Below are positions 62,199 to 64,000 of a DNA stretch of 64,000 nucleotides, in pieces; positions within the stretch are counted from its first letter, which is position 1; every line of letters begins with the position of its first letter. The notes under the pieces are model-generated. The model saw only the letters and a list, made by a program, of their open reading frames with translations, was not told the DNA's origin and did not search any database. Position numbers and translations under genes: made by a program. Origin of the DNA: Amphiscolops sp. MND2022 (taxonomy: Eukaryota); contig OZ076409.1 of the NCBI GenBank assembly GCA_964187785.1, positions 32,862,001 through 32,926,000 of the forward strand, written 5' to 3'.

Positions 62199-64000
62199 TG
62201 AGTTCGCAGTCATGGGTGACCATAGGATCCACAATGGACGGTTCGCATTTTTCAGACGAAATGTCTGACGAAGTCACTATCGAGCAACAACGCAAAGAGG
62301 AATTGGCCGCCATGGTCCCTCCCTCTGAGGGTTCCGTTGCATCTGGAAGCTCTCGTCGAAACGAGCAATGGGTCGATGAAACCTGTCGTGAAAGAACCAA
62401 TGAAGCAGAAGAGGAGTGGCCCAACTCGAACATGACCAACGAACTTGCAGCTGAGGAAGGGTGCTCTCGCGCATCCCTAGGAGAGAAGACGAGCTCCCGC
62501 CTACAGATCACGGTGGACGAGGATCTTACCTACACGGGGAACACGAGTTGTGCGAGACCGCAGGCGTCTGGAGTCGCTCAAGGTAACACTAGAGTTTGTG
62601 CCTATGGCAAACACAAGAGAGTGCGACCACCCATGATAAATGTAGGTGAACGTCAGTTTGAGGTGCCTCGTACGAGGAGCGTGGCAGGTTCAGTGGCATC
62701 ATCCCAACGATCTTCGGTGTATAAAGCCGCAATATTGGAAGCCCAAGCTGAGACCCAACGTGCCTTAGCTGAACTGGCTAGCACTCGTGCTGGGTGCAAT
62801 GACCAACATCGTGCCATCGCAGAAAATATGAGAACGTTGCAGACAACGATGCGAGAAGGATTGCAGGTCAGTAATCAACTGCGAACCGCGCAAAATACGC
62901 AGAGTGCTCGCGTAGATGCACTAGGCCACAGAATGGGTGAGATGAATGACCTTTTGATGGCCCGTGAACTTCGTGTGGAAACCCAGATCAATGATTTGAG
63001 TAACCAAATGCACACTGTGCTCAATGCTATCAACATCATGAGGCGCGAGAGGTCCCTCCCACGACAATCTGGTGCCACTGAAGGTGTGCCAGTCGCGGAT
63101 TCAATTAAGATTCCGGAATCATCGCACCTGGGTCGGGCAACGAAACCCGAGCTGGCGAGTGCATTGAAGCCTAGCACCTCCAAGTCGACGACGCCTGAAA
63201 CCCGAACCAAGGATCCCGTACTCATCATGGCTGATGTGGAGCGTAAACCTGCACGGGTGCAGGTGAGAGGGCCCCACGACTCCTCGTCGATGAGTCAAAT
63301 AACCTCCTCCGTAGTTCGAAGTGCCACCCGAGACCAAGGTGTGGACCCAATGTCACCTATCTATCTAGATACTTCTACCGAAGTTGATTTATCCTGTACC
63401 AAGGCCACACTAGGGTCCCAGACTGATGGAGCTGCGTAAGCGACGGCCCCTACCATGGCTTCTGGAACGGACTCCCTGTATCTGACCGCCGACTGGACAG
63501 CCGAGGACGGAATGCCCTCGGGCGCTCCTTGTGCGAGTAGCACTCGCAAGAAAGAAGACATAGCGAACCTCTCAGTACGAGCCACGCATGGCAGTGACGA
63601 CGGTACTGATGAAGTGGCACCCAAGGAAGGAGAGGCTGAGGTCATCTCTCCCGAGCAACTGAGGTTCACTGCCGCGATTTCCAAAGCGATGTCCAAAGAA
63701 CTAGCACCGTTGCTTGCGGGACGTGACCTGGCTCAAACCAAACCCAGCGTGTATCGAGGCTCTAAGGACGGGTCTATTGATGGCTGAATCTTAGTGATGC
63801 AGCGATACTTGAAAAGAGTCCAAACCAAAGTCTCGGCCGAAGATCGGGCCTGGAGCATTATTGGTCATCTCGAGGGTGAGGCTCGCAACTACATCATCAA
63901 CAAGGCTGAGTCTGAACGTGACACCCCCGAGAAGGTGTTCGAGTTGCTATCTAGCCGATTTGGCGCGGGAGGAAATCGTATGCAGGTGCGGCAGACCTTC
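62199..64000 (+). pseudogene. Gag (long low-complexity/coiled-coil N-terminus + capsid domain), interrupted by stops, 3'-partial
   Basis: Stops at 63437 and 63785 in a single frame; KPSVYRG..DG.IDG*...HLEGEARNY...FELL..RFG capsid pattern. Confidence 0.8.

Overview
Repeat-rich eukaryotic (probably invertebrate animal) DNA, almost all mobile elements. (1) 1-11394 is the right-hand part of a Polinton/Maverick (adintovirus-like) element. The + strand carries the packaging ATPase, PZ-like ORF, an unknown ORF, an integrase with an N-terminal PHD finger, minor capsid, PW-like core protein, a frameshifted major capsid and an adenain protease. A convergent, intron-containing protein-primed PolB lies on the - strand, and the element ends in ACTACTACT. 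(2) 11.9-16.2 kb is a decayed Ty3/Gypsy element with a MITE inserted. (3) 16.3-21.9 kb is a five-copy ~1.12 kb tandem array. (4) 22526-38898 is a 16.4 kb near-palindromic element with Polinton-type AGTAGT...ACTACT ends, a 6-bp TSD and ~7.3-7.5 kb inverted arms. The arms carry a tRNA-like Pol III cassette, a PC4-like ORF and a HUH-motif ORF; a TRAF/MATH pseudogene sits in the unique centre; I recognised no polymerase, integrase or capsid genes. (5) The only clear host gene is an intronless sideroflexin (39934-40878). (6) 41-64 kb holds LINE/CRE fragments, a 497-bp triplication, GG...CC MITEs, a Gypsy element with an antisense zinc-finger gene, and the 5' part of another LTR element. All calls come from reading motifs by eye; no searches were run.
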